Below are positions 51,661-64,000 of a DNA stretch of 64,000 nt, one piece after another. This DNA is from Octopus bimaculoides (taxonomy: Eukaryota), in assembly GCF_001194135.2 (NCBI RefSeq), contig NC_069001.1, positions 1,278,442 to 1,342,441 on the forward strand, read 5' to 3'. Position 1 is the stretch's first letter. The number at the start of each line of letters is the position of its first letter. The notes under the pieces are model-generated. The model ran no database searches. It saw nothing but the letters and a program-made list of their open reading frames with translations, and was not told the origin of the DNA. The position numbers and the translations under genes were made by a program.

Positions 51661-51890
51661 GACACTGCCTGCCTTAGGCTCCATCCAGTCGGTGTAGGTT
51701 CTTGGGATTTTTGTGTGTGTTGGTAGGTGGGGTGGTTTGGGTGGGATGGGAGACGTTAGGGGAAAAAGCTGGGTTGGTTCGGGAAGTGGGAAGGGTGGGT
51801 GGAGTTTTGGGGTAGGGTAGGGGTGCTGTGAAGTTAATGCCGGAAATGACGAAGTGCAGTGCATTGCGACAAAAAAAAAAAGACCTTAAA

Positions 51891-52628
51891 NNNNNNNNNN
51901 NNNNNNNNNNNNNNNNNNNNNNNNNNNNNNNNNNNNNNNNNNNNNNNNNNNNNNNNNNNNNNNNNNNNNNNNNNNNNNNNNNNNNNNNNNNNNNNNNNNN
52001 NNNNNNNNNNNNNNNNNNNNNNNNNNNNNNNNNNNNNNNNNNNNNNNNNNNNNNNNNNNNNNNNNNNNNNNNNNNNNNNNNNNNNNNNNNNNNNNNNNNN
52101 NNNNNNNNNNNNNNNNNNNNNNNNNNNNNNNNNNNNNNNNNNNNNNNNNNNNNNNNNNNNNNNNNNNNNNNNNNNNNNNNNNNNNNNNNNNNNNNNNNNN
52201 NNNNNNNNNNNNNNNNNNNNNNNNNNNNNNNNNNNNNNNNNNNNNNNNNNNNNNNNNNNNNNNNNNNNNNNNNNNNNNNNNNNNNNNNNNNNNNNNNNNN
52301 NNNNNNNNNNNNNNNNNNNNNNNNNNNNNNNNNNNNNNNNNNNNNNNNNNNNNNNNNNNNNNNNNNNNNNNNNNNNNNNNNNNNNNNNNNNNNNNNNNNN
52401 NNNNNNNNNNNNNNNNNNNNNNNNNNNNNNNNNNNNNNNNNNNNNNNNNNNNNNNNNNNNNNNNNNNNNNNNNNNNNNNNNNNNNNNNNNNNNNNNNNNN
52501 NNNNNNNNNNNNNNNNNNNNNNNNNNNNNNNNNNNNNNNNNNNNNNNNNNNNNNNNNNNNNNNNNNNNNNNNNNNNNNNNNNNNNNNNNNNNNNNNNNNN
52601 NNNNNNNNNNNNNNNNNNNNNNNNNNNN
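51891..52628. other. Assembly gap in the presumed NR5A 3' UTR. Other gaps: 7046-7188, 9621-9630, 10159-10168, 12237-12722, 15420-15564, 20987-21062, 31384-31949, 53008-53388.
   Basis: Runs of N. Confidence 0.99.
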
Positions 52629-52704
<76 letters not shown>

Positions 52705-52781
52705 GTTGTTATTGTTATTATTTTGTATGTATATATATGTACATATACCTATATATATATTTCTTGTTTTATATATATATA

Positions 52782-52827
<46 letters not shown>

Positions 52828-52970
52828 CATGTATATATACACATATAATTTAATTTCTATGTTATATAATGTGTGTATGTATGTATGTATGTATATATAT
52901 AAATTTTATATGTTATATAGTGTGTATATATATATAAGATTTTATATATGCTATATATGTATGCATATGG

Positions 52971-53007
<37 letters not shown>

Positions 53008-53454
53008 NNNNNNNNNNNNNNNNNNNNNNNNNNNNNNNNNNNNNNNNNNNNNNNNNNNNNNNNNNNNNNNNNNNNNNNNNNNNNNNNNNNNNNNNNNNNN
53101 NNNNNNNNNNNNNNNNNNNNNNNNNNNNNNNNNNNNNNNNNNNNNNNNNNNNNNNNNNNNNNNNNNNNNNNNNNNNNNNNNNNNNNNNNNNNNNNNNNNN
53201 NNNNNNNNNNNNNNNNNNNNNNNNNNNNNNNNNNNNNNNNNNNNNNNNNNNNNNNNNNNNNNNNNNNNNNNNNNNNNNNNNNNNNNNNNNNNNNNNNNNN
53301 NNNNNNNNNNNNNNNNNNNNNNNNNNNNNNNNNNNNNNNNNNNNNNNNNNNNNNNNNNNNNNNNNNNNNNNNNNNNNNNNNNNNNNNNCAGTGATTTTAA
53401 AATTTTAGAAGAGGAAAGAGGCAGAAGGGGAAATGTGGTGATTCTTTTGTTTTT

Positions 53455-53497
<43 letters not shown>

Positions 53498-53500
53498 TAT

Positions 53501-53750
53501 TAAGGCAGTCAGCTGCCAGAATCGTTAGCACGCCAGGCAAAATGCTCAGCAGCATTTCATCCATCTGAGTTCAAATTCCGCCGAGGTTGACTTTGCTTTT
53601 CATCCTTTTGGGGTTGATGAATGTAAATAAGTACCAGTTATGCACTGGTGTTGATGTAATCAACTTACCCACTTCCCTAAATTTCCGGCCTTGTGCCTAT
53701 AGTAGAAAGGATTATTATTATTATTGTTGTTATTATTATTATTATTATTA
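53501..53750 (+). mobile_element. tRNA-derived SINE, family A
   Basis: AAGGCAGTCAGCTGCCAGAATCGTTAGC...GAGTTCAAATTCCGCCGAGGTTGAC...(TTA)n. Confidence 0.85.
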
Positions 53751-56700
53751 TTTCATATGTAACTAGATCAGGAAAATATATCCTTATGCAGAGGGATGTT
53801 GGTACATTGCATTTTCACTGTTAGCATAATGTTCGACAAGGCATTGAAACCCCTTTTTTTTCTTTGAAGTTCTGTATTTGATGGCATAAAAGAAGCACGG
53901 GGCTTATTAGATAGACCCTAATTTCAACAACACATATTCAGAGGAAGAGGTTAACTTATGAGGGACCCAGTTTTGCATATAGGACCTGGGGTGGTTTTTT
54001 GAGACATTTTCTGTTTTTTTTTTAAGGGGTGAAGGTGGGGGACAAAAAACGATTTGCATCTTACATGCCATCAAATATATTAATACTAATAATGATGATA
54101 ATTGTGATGAATGTAAAACAAAAAAAAAAGTGAACTGAAGAAAAATACATTTTATTAATTTTATATTAAAAATAGAACAAAAAAAATACATTGTGAAATT
54201 ATTTAACATTGATAAAATTAACGAGAATGAAGAGGAAACAAACGTTTATAGTAACAACAACATCATCATCATTGTCATAAGAAGATGAGAATATGTTGAT
54301 GATAGTTATGAAGATGAGGCAGAAGAGGATCAGGATGATGCTGCAGGGGGAGAGATTATTGATTGAAAACCACACGAGAAAGAAACAAGAAAAAAAAAAC
54401 ACAGGTGAATGATTGTGTATAAAATATTCTGTGATAATTATTTTGTGCATATAAATAATATGGTTATCATGGTGATTAGATGGACACTGGCTACTATTGT
54501 AGATGGCTGGACACTGACTGATGAGTACGGTAAGTGGACATTGGTGAGTGGTGACTGGTAAGGAAAGTACAGTAATATTGCTGTGACACTAAACCTGGAG
54601 AGGTAAGACTAGGGGGTTCTGGGTTGACATGGAACTTCAGCATCAATTGCCATAATTCTCTTTCCCTCACATGCACCCAGTGTGCTGCTATTACTCCCCC
54701 CCCCCCACACACACACAGTGTATTGTGGGGAGGGTTGTCCCACCATTTTGTTGTCATTGAAGTAGTAATTTCCTCCCTGTTCATCAAACCTATGCCTTTC
54801 CAATGAACTTTGTAAACAAAAGCCAAAAGTACCTGAAGCATTGGGAGCTGAACATGTGTGTAATGAGTTAAAGTTACATAACTTCTGGCCAGCTTTCTTT
54901 GGAAACATATATAGTACATATTTACCTATTTCATTCCCTTACAGAGTGTACAGGGTGCTTTCTTTTCATGATGCTGGCAGTAGTGAGGTCACCAAGTAGT
55001 GAGGTCCCATGGGCCCACAGTTTGGCCCTGACTGATCCAGACTAAGTCATTCAAAAAAGAAAAATTCTTCTTCACATCTCCCCACCCATCAAATGAATGT
55101 TCCAAAGTCATTTGTTATTTTAGCCCCAAATGAAATTTAATCAGGCAATTCTAAGGATCAAGCCATGACCATCTCGTTTATTTGGAGATATCTGAGGTTA
55201 TATTATTTAAAAACATCTTTTATCCTTTGTATTAGGACAGTTGGGTGTGTGATTCGAGAAAGATCAGGTTGCAATTTTCTTTTGCAGATTACATTAATAA
55301 TGTAGACAAGGGTCTCTTATTCGTTCATCTGAATCCACTAACAGCCAGTTAGCAGGAATTGGTAATTCTTGGTACAAGGTTCAATTCCTGTTAAAGACAT
55401 GAGTCATGCCAAACCAATGGAGAACCCTTGGTCTGTTAGAAATAGCAGCTGAATCCCTCTTGAATTATACCAATTGTTTGTTTTAAAACAGGGAAGAACA
55501 TGTTAGACAATGTAGTAGATTCCAATACCTGAACAGAGAGGATGGTCATGGCTGGAATGTCCTTGATATAGAGAGCTACTCGATCAGGACTAACTCAATG
55601 TGCACACTCACACACACGTCTCTCTCTCTCTCTCTTTCTCTCTCTTTTTTCTTACATTTTCCACTTCACAAACAATAAAAGACCGTCTTTCACTCAAGTG
55701 GACAGTCTCTCTTGCCACTCCAGGTGACGACCAATTCCACTCTGTATAACTAGTTGTCCCCTCACTCCAGTTAACCAATCACCCTCCACTCGAGATAGCC
55801 ACTCCCAGCTGTCTGCTATCTTCTGGAAGGAACAGTGATCAAGTGTTTCCGAAGTTACTTTGTGGGTCAAGTGGACGAAACAGACTCCTTTCTGGATTCC
55901 AGATTAACTCCCAAGTGAGATGTCACTTTATAGGATGGTCATATAATCAGATATTTTGGATTGATTTAAAACATCATCATCATCCTTTTGACAGGATCCA
56001 GGGAATCTGAGGACTGCATCATGCTCTGCTTTGCCATGGTTGCTGTAGCTGGACGTTCTTCCTGATGCCGACCACTTTACAGAGTGCACCAAATGCTTGT
56101 TTCATGCCACCAGAGCTAGTGAGGTTGCCATGCATCTCCCAAGACTGCAAAATTCAGTGTGTGTTGGGGGATGGGGGCATCTTTATGTTAAGGGACGAGG
56201 AAAAGGGTTAGAGTAGGGCAGGTTCTTGTAAGGGAGCTAAACAACTCCTCACACTTAGAAGAGAAGGTGGGAATGAACGAATGATATCCATCTCTGAAGA
56301 GGTAAATCGTGATGATGGTGTGTCCAGGTGTCACCTCAAGGTATGAGGTGAGTAGTAATGAGTGGGGTGGGTGGTCAGAATTTGCAAGAGTATGGTGGGA
56401 GTGGGCAACAAGAGATAGGGGCAGTGGGAGACGGGATGCAGCAAAATAATGAGGCAAAGGGGTAGGAGAGAGGGAGAACTGAATTAAGATGGGCTCCCAC
56501 TACTGGGTGGTTTATATTTTTATCCAGTGTTTCAATTTTGGAATCATTTCTTTAAATATGAAGCAGATTTCTATCATTATATAGATATAGAGAGATAGAT
56601 AAGGAAATAATTATATTCTCAAATGTAGGATAATGTTAATAATATAGCATGGACAGGATAAACTCCAATGTTTTGGGAACAAAGAAAGCATTCTACCACA

Positions 56701-58456
56701 GTAGAGTGTAATGGTTTATTTATTGCAGACTTAGAGGCTTGTCACTCCATTTGAGTTTGCCTGGTATGTTACCAGTCCCTCATATAGGAATTGGCAAATA
56801 GACAGAGTTCTGCCGATTCCTGTGTCAGGGACTAAAACATGTCTGAGAATCTCTATGGTGACAAGCCTCTCGGTCCCCCCTAAATAAACTACCTATGTAT
56901 ATATATGTAGTATGTATTGTATATAAACATGAGTATATGTCTTGAAGGATATATGTATATATAAAATTAACAAAAATATAAAAAGGGTGTATTTCAGGAT
57001 CCCACCCTCTTTATCCCCCTGTTACCCAGATGAAGAAATTGAATTTATAAATGAGAAACGGAAAATTTTTGTTTATTTTAAATAACAAAATTCAATACAG
57101 AATATATAGTTTTTATGTAAAGTCCTTATGGAACATGTGGGTCTGCATGTATTTATACAAAATATGTGTGTGTGTGTCTCACAAACACCATAAAAACATG
57201 AGGTTTTCTGCACATGTATGTATGTATATGTATATATATATATACATACATGTATCTGTGTGTCTGGAAGTATGTATCAGTGCTTTTACCCATTGAATTT
57301 GTCTTTCTGTGTGTGAAACCTTAACAAATAAGGCTTTTTGTGAAAAATTTAAGCATAAAAATATCATGGAAGGAAAGTAATGTTTAACATTTTTTTTGTT
57401 TTTTGTTTTTATTTTAAACTGAATTTTATGAGAGAGCTTCATTGCAGGAATGAAGTTGCGGGAAAGAGAGGTTGAGAAATAATCCCTCTCAAAATAAAAA
57501 AAATAAAAAACACTCTTATTTGTAGAGAGAATTATTTTAATATAATTATAGAAAGAAAAATGCATACAAAAAAAAAATTGTTTTCAAAGAAAATTTTGAG
57601 AAAATAATTTTAAAAAATCAAATATCTGCAAAAAAAAAAAAGAAAATGGAAACTAATTGAGTGAAAATAAATCTTTGTAGAGAGAAATTTAGATATATTT
57701 TGGAGATTTTTCTGCTGAATAATTTTAAACCATTTTTCAAGCAGAGCGCTTATGATTTGAAATATTCTTTATTGATTGTTTTTTTTTCACAAGAAATTTG
57801 TGGAGAAAACAAAAACAAACAAAAGACAGAAAATATTATCGTGAGGCTGTTTTGGAAGAGAAGAATACGTTACAGTGAAGAATAACTTCTTTAACATAAC
57901 AAAATGTGAGAAAAATGAGGACGAATTTAATTACACCGAAATTGGAATAAATATTTTAGTTTCTTTTTTATTTCTTTTTTAACTTTACTCTCAAGGGAAA
58001 TAACTTTAAAATATTATTTACTATTTTTACTATTATCTCCCTTGATTGCTCACGCCCATTCAAAACATTTCAACGTGTTTCGTAGAAGACATCCAAATAT
58101 TTTTCTTTCTTTTAACTTAACCCTATTACTAACACTTCATATGCTGTACATGTTTCTTAATTTTTAACGGAAAGAAGAAAAAAAAACAAGAAATTATTAC
58201 TAATATCCAATACTTCACCCCACACACCATTATATCATATACAACATATTTATTTATATACTAATAATAATAAATTTAAGTCTATATTTATCTCTCGTCA
58301 TTCCCTGCTCTCATGAATTTTTCTTCTCTAGCGTTAAATGCCTTCAACAACACAGAAACGGAACAATTCTTTCATTTCTATGTTTGGTTTGCAAAATTCT
58401 TGATGTGAACATTTGTGCCGAAACAAATCTTGTTTTATCTCGGGTGCGTCGTTATG

Positions 58457-58597
58457 CCAATAATAAACGCACCCGCTACTTCTGTTTCACGTCTTTATTA
58501 TTATTATTAGTCAAATGGTTAACCGTTTAACCAACTGGCGGAATAATAAGAATCATAATACATGTTAAATAGAAGCGGTACTCGTGTTTATTATTGG
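58457..58597. mobile_element. Palindromic MITE-like element
   Basis: Perfect 12-bp terminal inverted repeat CCAATAATAAAC/GTTTATTATTGG, imperfect arms of about 35 bp, central TGGTTAA-CCGT-TTAACCA hairpin. Confidence 0.55.
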
Positions 58598-58917
58598 GTG
58601 TCTCTCTCGAAATAACAGCTAAATAACGAAACCTCTTTTCTTATCTCATTCTCTTGTAAAATTATAGTCAAAATGTTGGTTATCTTAACATATATGAGTT
58701 TATAATACGCATACATGCACACACGTATACACACCCACATATTATGTATTCGATAGTTTCCCGTCTATTGTGGTACTTAAAAACAATAGAGACCATTTAT
58801 CAGATCAATATTGCTGAGTGCCATAAGAGACGTGAAAGCAATGGTCACTTACTGACCAACGACTATATAATATATATTATTCCTCAGAAAGAAATGTTTT
58901 AGAGTATGACAGACAAA

Positions 58918-59003
58918 GGGATTGTTGATTACATCGACCCCAGTGCGTAACTGGTACTATTTAATCGACTCCGAAAGGATGAAAGGCAAAGTCGACCTCG
59001 GCA
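58918..59003 (-). mobile_element. Partial family A SINE with CpGs retained
   Basis: ACATCGACCCCAGTGCG...AATCGACTCCGAAAGGATGAAAGGCAAAGTCGACCTCGGC. Confidence 0.8.
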
Positions 59004-59184
59004 CTATATGTATGTATTTGTGCGCGCATATATATATATGCTTGTGTACGTTTATGTATATATCTATGTGTGTATGTATGTATATAAATATAAACATACA
59101 AAGTACGTTCAGGAGATTTATGATAGGAATAGCATCTAACGTTGAATATATTCTCTCTCTGTCTCTCTCTCCCTCTTTCTCTCT

Positions 59185-59272
59185 CAGGTGTCCCAACGCG
59201 AGCTCAGCGTGGACGGAAACCACACGTCGAGCAAAAGGGCAAAAGCTCGCTCGATCTCGATTTTCAGTACGA
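59185..59272 (+). rRNA. Isolated 88-bp 28S rRNA fragment (domain V, around helix 84); pseudogenic
   Basis: CAGGTGTCCCAACGCGAGCTCAGCGTGGACGGAAACCACACGTCGAGCAAAAGGGCAAAAGCTCGCTCGATCTCGATTTTCAGTACGA is collinear with the conserved eukaryotic 28S stretch CAGGTGTCCTAAGGCGAGCTCAG..GGAC.GAAACC....GAGCA.AAGGGCAAAAGCTCGCTTGATCTTGATTTTCAGTACGA. Confidence 0.88.
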
Positions 59273-59289
59273 TTGATATTAAATGACGA

Positions 59290-59740
59290 AAGTATGGAGG
59301 TTTATAGTGAGGACTCCCCGTTTCCGTACCAACGATACGATGGTTGTTGCACTTCTTCATCTGTCGTTATCTCGCTGCTTGTGGAACCATCAATTACGGT
59401 GTTATGCTTATTGTATCTTTGACACGTAACTCTCCATCCTTGTGTCTGTCCTAAGGGATGTCGCAGAGTGCTGCCTGGCTTGCTCCTCGGTTTCCAAACG
59501 CACCGCTATCGTTGTCTACTTCTTCCCTCTGGCAAGCTATGTAACGTCCTGCCAGGTGGGCTTTAATACCATTTCCACTTGTTGCCTTGTTGCAACCTCA
59601 ATTCTTTTTAATTTCAAATTGTACGTTCTGTACACAATTGTTTTTAACGTTGTAGCCCTTGTAACTTCGCTAGGAGGGGGTGACCTTGACTTCGTGCTCC
59701 CCTCTTCTCATAAAATCCTTGCACCTCACCATCTCCCGCC
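59290..59740 (-). pseudogene. Decayed gag/ORF1-like relic of a non-LTR retrotransposon
   Basis: Stop-interrupted frame TIVYRTYNLKLKRIEVATRQQVEMVLKPTWQDVT*LARGKK*TTIAVRLETEEQARQHSATSLRTD recalls RRM-type ORF1 proteins; the family assignment is from memory only. Confidence 0.5.
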
Positions 59741-59760
59741 TCCCAAAACGCATAAATAAG

Positions 59761-62700
59761 TACGTATGAACGAACGTACGTACGTTACTAAATACGAACG
59801 AACGAAAGAAAGAACGAATGAACGTACGAGCGGAAGAATGACCGAACGTGCGTACGTTCGTTACTTTGTTCGTACGTACATATGTACCTACTTACGTACG
59901 TTCGTTCGTAGGTACATACATACCTACGTTCGATCGTTCTTTTGTTCGTACGTACATACGTACGTTCATTTCTTTGTTCGTTCGTTTTTTTTTTTCGTAC
60001 GTACGTTCGTTCTTTCAATCTTTCGTTTGTTCGTTCCTACGTACGTTTGTTCGTTCCTACGTACGTTTGTTCCGTCGTACGTACGCTTGTTCGTTCGTTC
60101 GTACGTATGTACCTACATTTGTTCGTTTGTTCGATCGTTCGTTCGTTCTTACGTACGTACTTACATTCTTTCATTCTTTTCTTTCATGTTTCGTACGTTC
60201 GTTCGTTCCTAAGTACGTACGTGCGTACATTCGTTCGTTCATTTGTTCGTTGTTACGGACGTATTTACGTTCGTTCGTACATACGTATTTACGTTCGTTC
60301 GTTCTTACGTTCTTTCTTTCGTTCGATCGTTTCTTCGTACTTCCGTACGTACCTTCGGTCGTTCGTTCTTATGTACGTAAGTACGTACGTTCATTCGTTA
60401 CTTCGTTCGATCGTTCGTACGTACATACGTTCATTCAAGCGTACGTACGTACGCTCGTTCGTACGTTCATTCTTACGTATGTACGTACATACGTTCAATC
60501 GTACTTTCGTTCGTTTGTTCGTTCGTTCATACGTACGGGCGTACGTTAGTTCTTTCGTTCGTACGAACGTACGTTTGTTCGCTCGTTCCTACGTACGGAT
60601 GTATGTACGTACGTACGTTCGTTTATTTTTTCGTTCTATCTTTCTTTCGTTCGCACATGCGTTCTTTCCTACGTACGTACGTTTATTTGTTCATTCGTTC
60701 CTTCGTTTGTTCTTACATGCCAACGTGCGTACGTTCTTTCGTTTGCTCGATCGTTGTCTCGTTCGTTCGTTCGTCCATTCTTTCGTTACTTCGTTCGTTC
60801 ATTCGTTTGTTTGTTTCGTTCGTTCGTTTGTTTCATTCTTCCGTACGTACGTACGATCATTCGTTCGTTCGTTCCTTCGCACGTACGTACGTACGTTTGC
60901 TCGTTCTTTCGTACGTACGTACATTCTTTCGTTCAATCGTTCGTTCATTCTTTCGTACGTTCGTTAATCTGTTCGTTCGTTCATACGTACGTACGTACAT
61001 ATGTACCTACTTATGTACGTTCGTTTGTTCGTTTGTACATACGTACCTTCAATTCTTTGTGCGTTCGTTCTTACATACGTAGTTACGTATGTAAATCCGT
61101 ACGTACGGACGTTCGTTCGTTGCCTCGTTCGTTAGTTCTTACGTACGTACGTTCGTTCATTAGGTCATTCGTTTGTTCGTTTCATTCGTTCGTTCATCCG
61201 TCCGTACGTTCGTTCGTTCTGACATACGTTCGTTCGTACGTACGTACGTTTGTTCGTTCGTTCGTTCATTCATATATATGTACGTAGGAACATACGTACG
61301 TTCGTTCGTAATTACGTTCCTTCTTTCGTTTATTCGTTCGTACGTACGAACTTACGTTCATTCGTTCTTTCGTTCGATCGTTCCTTCCTACTTACGTACG
61401 TACGTACCTTCGTTCGTTCGTACGTACATTCATTCATTCGTACGTACGTTCGTTCGTTCGTTCATTTGTTCGTTCCTTCGTTGTTACGTACGTACGGACG
61501 TATTTACGTTCGTTCGTACGTAGGTACTTAAATACGTCCGTACGTACGTTCGTTCGTACATACGTAATTACGTTCGTTCGTTCGATCGTTCCTTCCTACT
61601 TACGTACGTACGTACCTTCGTTCGTTCGTACGTACGTATGTTCGTTCGTTCGTTCTTACATACGTAAGTACGTACGTTCATTCGTTACGTCGTTCTTTCC
61701 TTCGTTCGTTCGTTCGATCGTTCCTACGTGCGTACGTTCATTCAATCGTACGCTCGTTCGTACGTTCATTCTTACGTATGTACGTACATACGTTCAATCG
61801 TTCGTTTGTTCGTTCGTTCATACGTACGGACGTACGTTAGTTCTTTCTTTCGTACGTACTACGTTCGTTCGATCGTTCCTACGTACGGATGTATGTACGT
61901 ACGTTCGTTCGTACGTACGTTTGTTTGTTTTCTTGTTCTATCTTTCTTTCGTTCGCACATGCGTTCTTTCCTACGAACGTACGTTTGTTTGTTCATTCGT
62001 TCCTTCGTTTGCTCTTAAATACGAGCATGCGTACGTTCTTTCGTTTGCTCGAACGTTGTCTCGTTCGTTCTTTCGTCCATTCTTTCGTTACTTCGTTCGG
62101 TCATTCACTCGTTCGTTCGTTCGTTTGTTTCGTTCTTCTATACGTACGTACGATCATTCGTTTGTTCGTTCATTCCTTCGCACGTACGTACGTGTGTTCG
62201 TTCGTTCGTTCTTTCGTACGTACGTACATTCTTTCGTTCAATCGTTCGTTCATTCTTTCGTACGTTCGTTCGTTCGTGCGTTCGTTCGCTTGTTTGTTCG
62301 TACGTTCTTTCGTACGTACTTTCGTTCGTTCGTTCGTGCGTACGTTCGTTAGTTTGTTAGTTCGTTCATACGTACATATGTACCTACTTATGTACGTTTG
62401 TTCGTTCGTTCGTTCGTTTGCACATACGTACGTTCAATTCTTTGTTCGTTCTTTTTTCGTACCTACGTACATTCGTTCGTTCAATCGTTCGTTTTTTCGT
62501 TCGTACGTACGTTCGTCCGTTTCTTTGTTCGTTCGTTCTTACATACGTACTTACGTAAATCCGTACGTACGGACGTTCGTTCGTTTGTTCGTTCGTTCGT
62601 CCGTCCGTACGTTCGTTCGTTCGTCCGTCCGTACGTTCGTTCGTTCGCACATACGTTCGTTCGTACGTACATACGTTTGTTCGTTCGTTCATTCATATAT

Positions 62701-64000
62701 ATGTACGTACGTTCGTTCGTTCATTCATATATATGTACGTACGTTCGTTCGTTCGTAATTACGTTCCTTCTTTCGTTTATTCGTTCGTACTTACGAACTT
62801 ACTTACGTACGCACGTTCTTTCCTTCCTTCGATCATTTGTTCATACGTACGATCGTTTGTTCGTACGTACGTTCGTTCGTACGTACGTACCTTCGTTCGT
62901 ACGTACGTACATTCATTCGTACGTACGTACATTCGTTCATACGTACGTTCGTTCGTTCGTTCATCATATGTACGTACGAACATACGCACGCTCGTTCGTT
63001 CGTTCGTTTGTTCGATCTTTCATACGTACTTACGTACATACATCCGTGCGTATGGACGTTCGTTCGTTTCATTCGTTCGTTCTTCCGTCCGTGCGTTCGT
63101 TCAGACATACCTTCGTTCGTATGTACGTACGTTTGTTCGTTCGTTCATTCAGATATATGTACGTAGGAACATACGTACGTACGTTCATACATACGTTCCT
63201 TCATAAGTACGTACGTTTGTTTGTACGTACGTTCGTACATTCGTTCGTACGTACGTACCTTCGTTCGTACGTACGTACATTCATTCGTTCGTACGTACGT
63301 TCGTTCGTTTATTCATACATATGTACGTACGAACATACGCACGCTCGTTCGTTTGTTCATTTGTTCGTTTCTTCGTTGTTACGTACGTACGGACGTATTT
63401 ACGTTCGTTCGTACATAGGTACTTATATACGTACTACGTACGTTCGTTCGTACATACGTAATTACGTTCGTTTGTTCTTACGTTCTTTCTTTCGATCGAT
63501 CGTTCCTTCCTACTTACGTACGTACGTACCTTCGTTCGTTCGTACTTACGTACGTACGTTCGTTCGTTCGTTCTTACATACGTAAGAACGTACATTCATT
63601 CGTTACTTCGTTCGATCGTTCCTACGTACGTACGTTCATTCAATCGTACGTACGTACGCTCGTTCGTACGTTCATTCTTACGTATGTACGTACATACGTT
63701 CAATCGTTCTTTCGTTCATTTGTTCATACGTACGGACGTACGTTAGTTCTTTCTTTTGTACGTAGGTACGTTCGTTCGATCGTTCCTACGTACGGATGTA
63801 CGTACGTTCGTTTGTACGTACGTTCGTTCGTACGTACGTTCATTTGTTTTTTTGTTCTATCTTTATTTCGTTCGCACATGCGTTCTTTCCTACGTACATA
63901 CGTTTGTTTGTTCATTCGTTCCTTCGTTTGTTCTTACATACGAACGTGCGTACGTTCTTTCGTTTGCTCGATCGTTGTCTCGTTCGTTCGTTCGTCCATT
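59761..64000. repeat. CpG-rich TTCG/TACG (ACGT-based) complex satellite with higher-order duplications; runs off the window end
   Basis: Mosaic of TTCG, TACG and TTTG tetramers; the landmark TCGCACATGCGTTCTTTCC recurs at 60651, 61953 and 63872. Confidence 0.95.

Noticed and set aside
51828-53503. Long ORFs spanning N runs
   Set aside because: Artefacts of translating assembly gaps.
58745-58810. Hammerhead-like layout on the minus strand (CTGATAA...stem...GAAAC)
   Set aside because: G8 is missing, there is no NUH triplet and stem I does not pair.
59766-63915. Many long RSFV/RTYV-rich ORFs (up to 395 aa)
   Set aside because: They are translations of the tetramer satellite, which has few stop codons; open in several frames and on both strands, with no domain signal.

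Overview
Repeat-rich, AT-rich animal genomic window with several N gaps. The SINE families and the microsatellite load suggest an octopus-like coleoid cephalopod (inference, not verified). One protein-coding gene is well supported: an NR5A/FTZ-F1 (SF-1/LRH-1 family) nuclear receptor on the + strand, with six GT-AG coding exons from 40942 to 51660 (494 aa from the first in-frame ATG). The rest is microsatellite, tRNA-derived SINEs, RTE LINE fragments, an internally deleted DD37D (maT) transposon and MITEs. The window ends in a CpG-rich block: an 88-bp 28S rRNA fragment, a decayed ORF1-like relic, and a >4.2 kb TTCG/TACG satellite with higher-order repeats. The most notable unexplained structures are four minimal type I hammerhead-ribozyme motifs (three from one family with an extra G in the core, one intronic and sense to NR5A), a 97-nt hairpin whose G-U pairs favour the + strand (candidate miRNA), and an 18-bp minisatellite carrying repeated TRGGTCA nuclear-receptor half-sites upstream of the gene. 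Repeat boundaries are approximate, and all family names come from recall, not database searches.
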